DNA of 34,604 bases from Anaerotardibacter sp. (GTDB taxonomy: Bacteria > Actinomycetota > Coriobacteriia > Coriobacteriales > Eggerthellaceae): NCBI GenBank assembly GCA_051878815.1, contig JBJEKV010000231.1, positions 1-34,604 of the forward strand. The letters are read 5' to 3'. Positions 34,437 to 34,604 of the stretch are shown here, piece after piece. A program made the translations under genes and the position numbers. The notes under the pieces are model-generated. The model was not told where the DNA came from. It made no database searches and worked only from the letters and a program-made list of their open reading frames with translations. The stretch's first letter is position 1. Every line of letters begins with the position of its first letter.

Positions 34437-34604
34437 AACTAGAATACTCTATCGCAGCGGACAGTGATTCTGCTTTGCCCGCCAATTGTGCATATCAAAA
34501 ATAGCATAGTTATAAAAAGGATATACATATAAAAAAAGAATAGTAAAAGGGGGGTTAGCGGACAAAAAGTGTGTCTGGCCTTTTAATCGATAGAGTACGG
34601 ATAT

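Overview
Ordinary-looking chromosomal window of a moderate-GC bacterium. The lysA-hom order and overall gene content suggest a gut anaerobe, possibly Coriobacteriia; this is an inference, not a search result. There are about 22 protein-coding genes and no rRNA, tRNA, CRISPR array, integrase or transposase. In order: a 5'-truncated DUF1113-type membrane protein, a Nudix hydrolase, a heterodimeric ABC exporter pair, a small XRE-like HTH protein, a 7TM/GGDEF*/HD-GYP/PAS/GGDEF c-di-GMP enzyme, rlmH, an MMPL transporter with a coupled secreted heptad-repeat protein, lysA-hom plus a 58-aa membrane protein missing from the ORF track, mtnA, an LRV-repeat protein, a translationally coupled addB-addA-DUF2130 operon, a second membrane diguanylate cyclase, helD, cysK, tetR and a 4-TM membrane protein. 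I see no clear-cut novel system. The best leads are (i) the DUF2130 coiled-coil/PD-(D/E)XK-like gene coupled to AddAB, (ii) the MMPL plus heptad-repeat pair, (iii) the composite c-di-GMP enzyme, and (iv) widespread short tandem duplications in both genes and intergenic DNA. All family assignments come from motifs read by eye; no database search was run.
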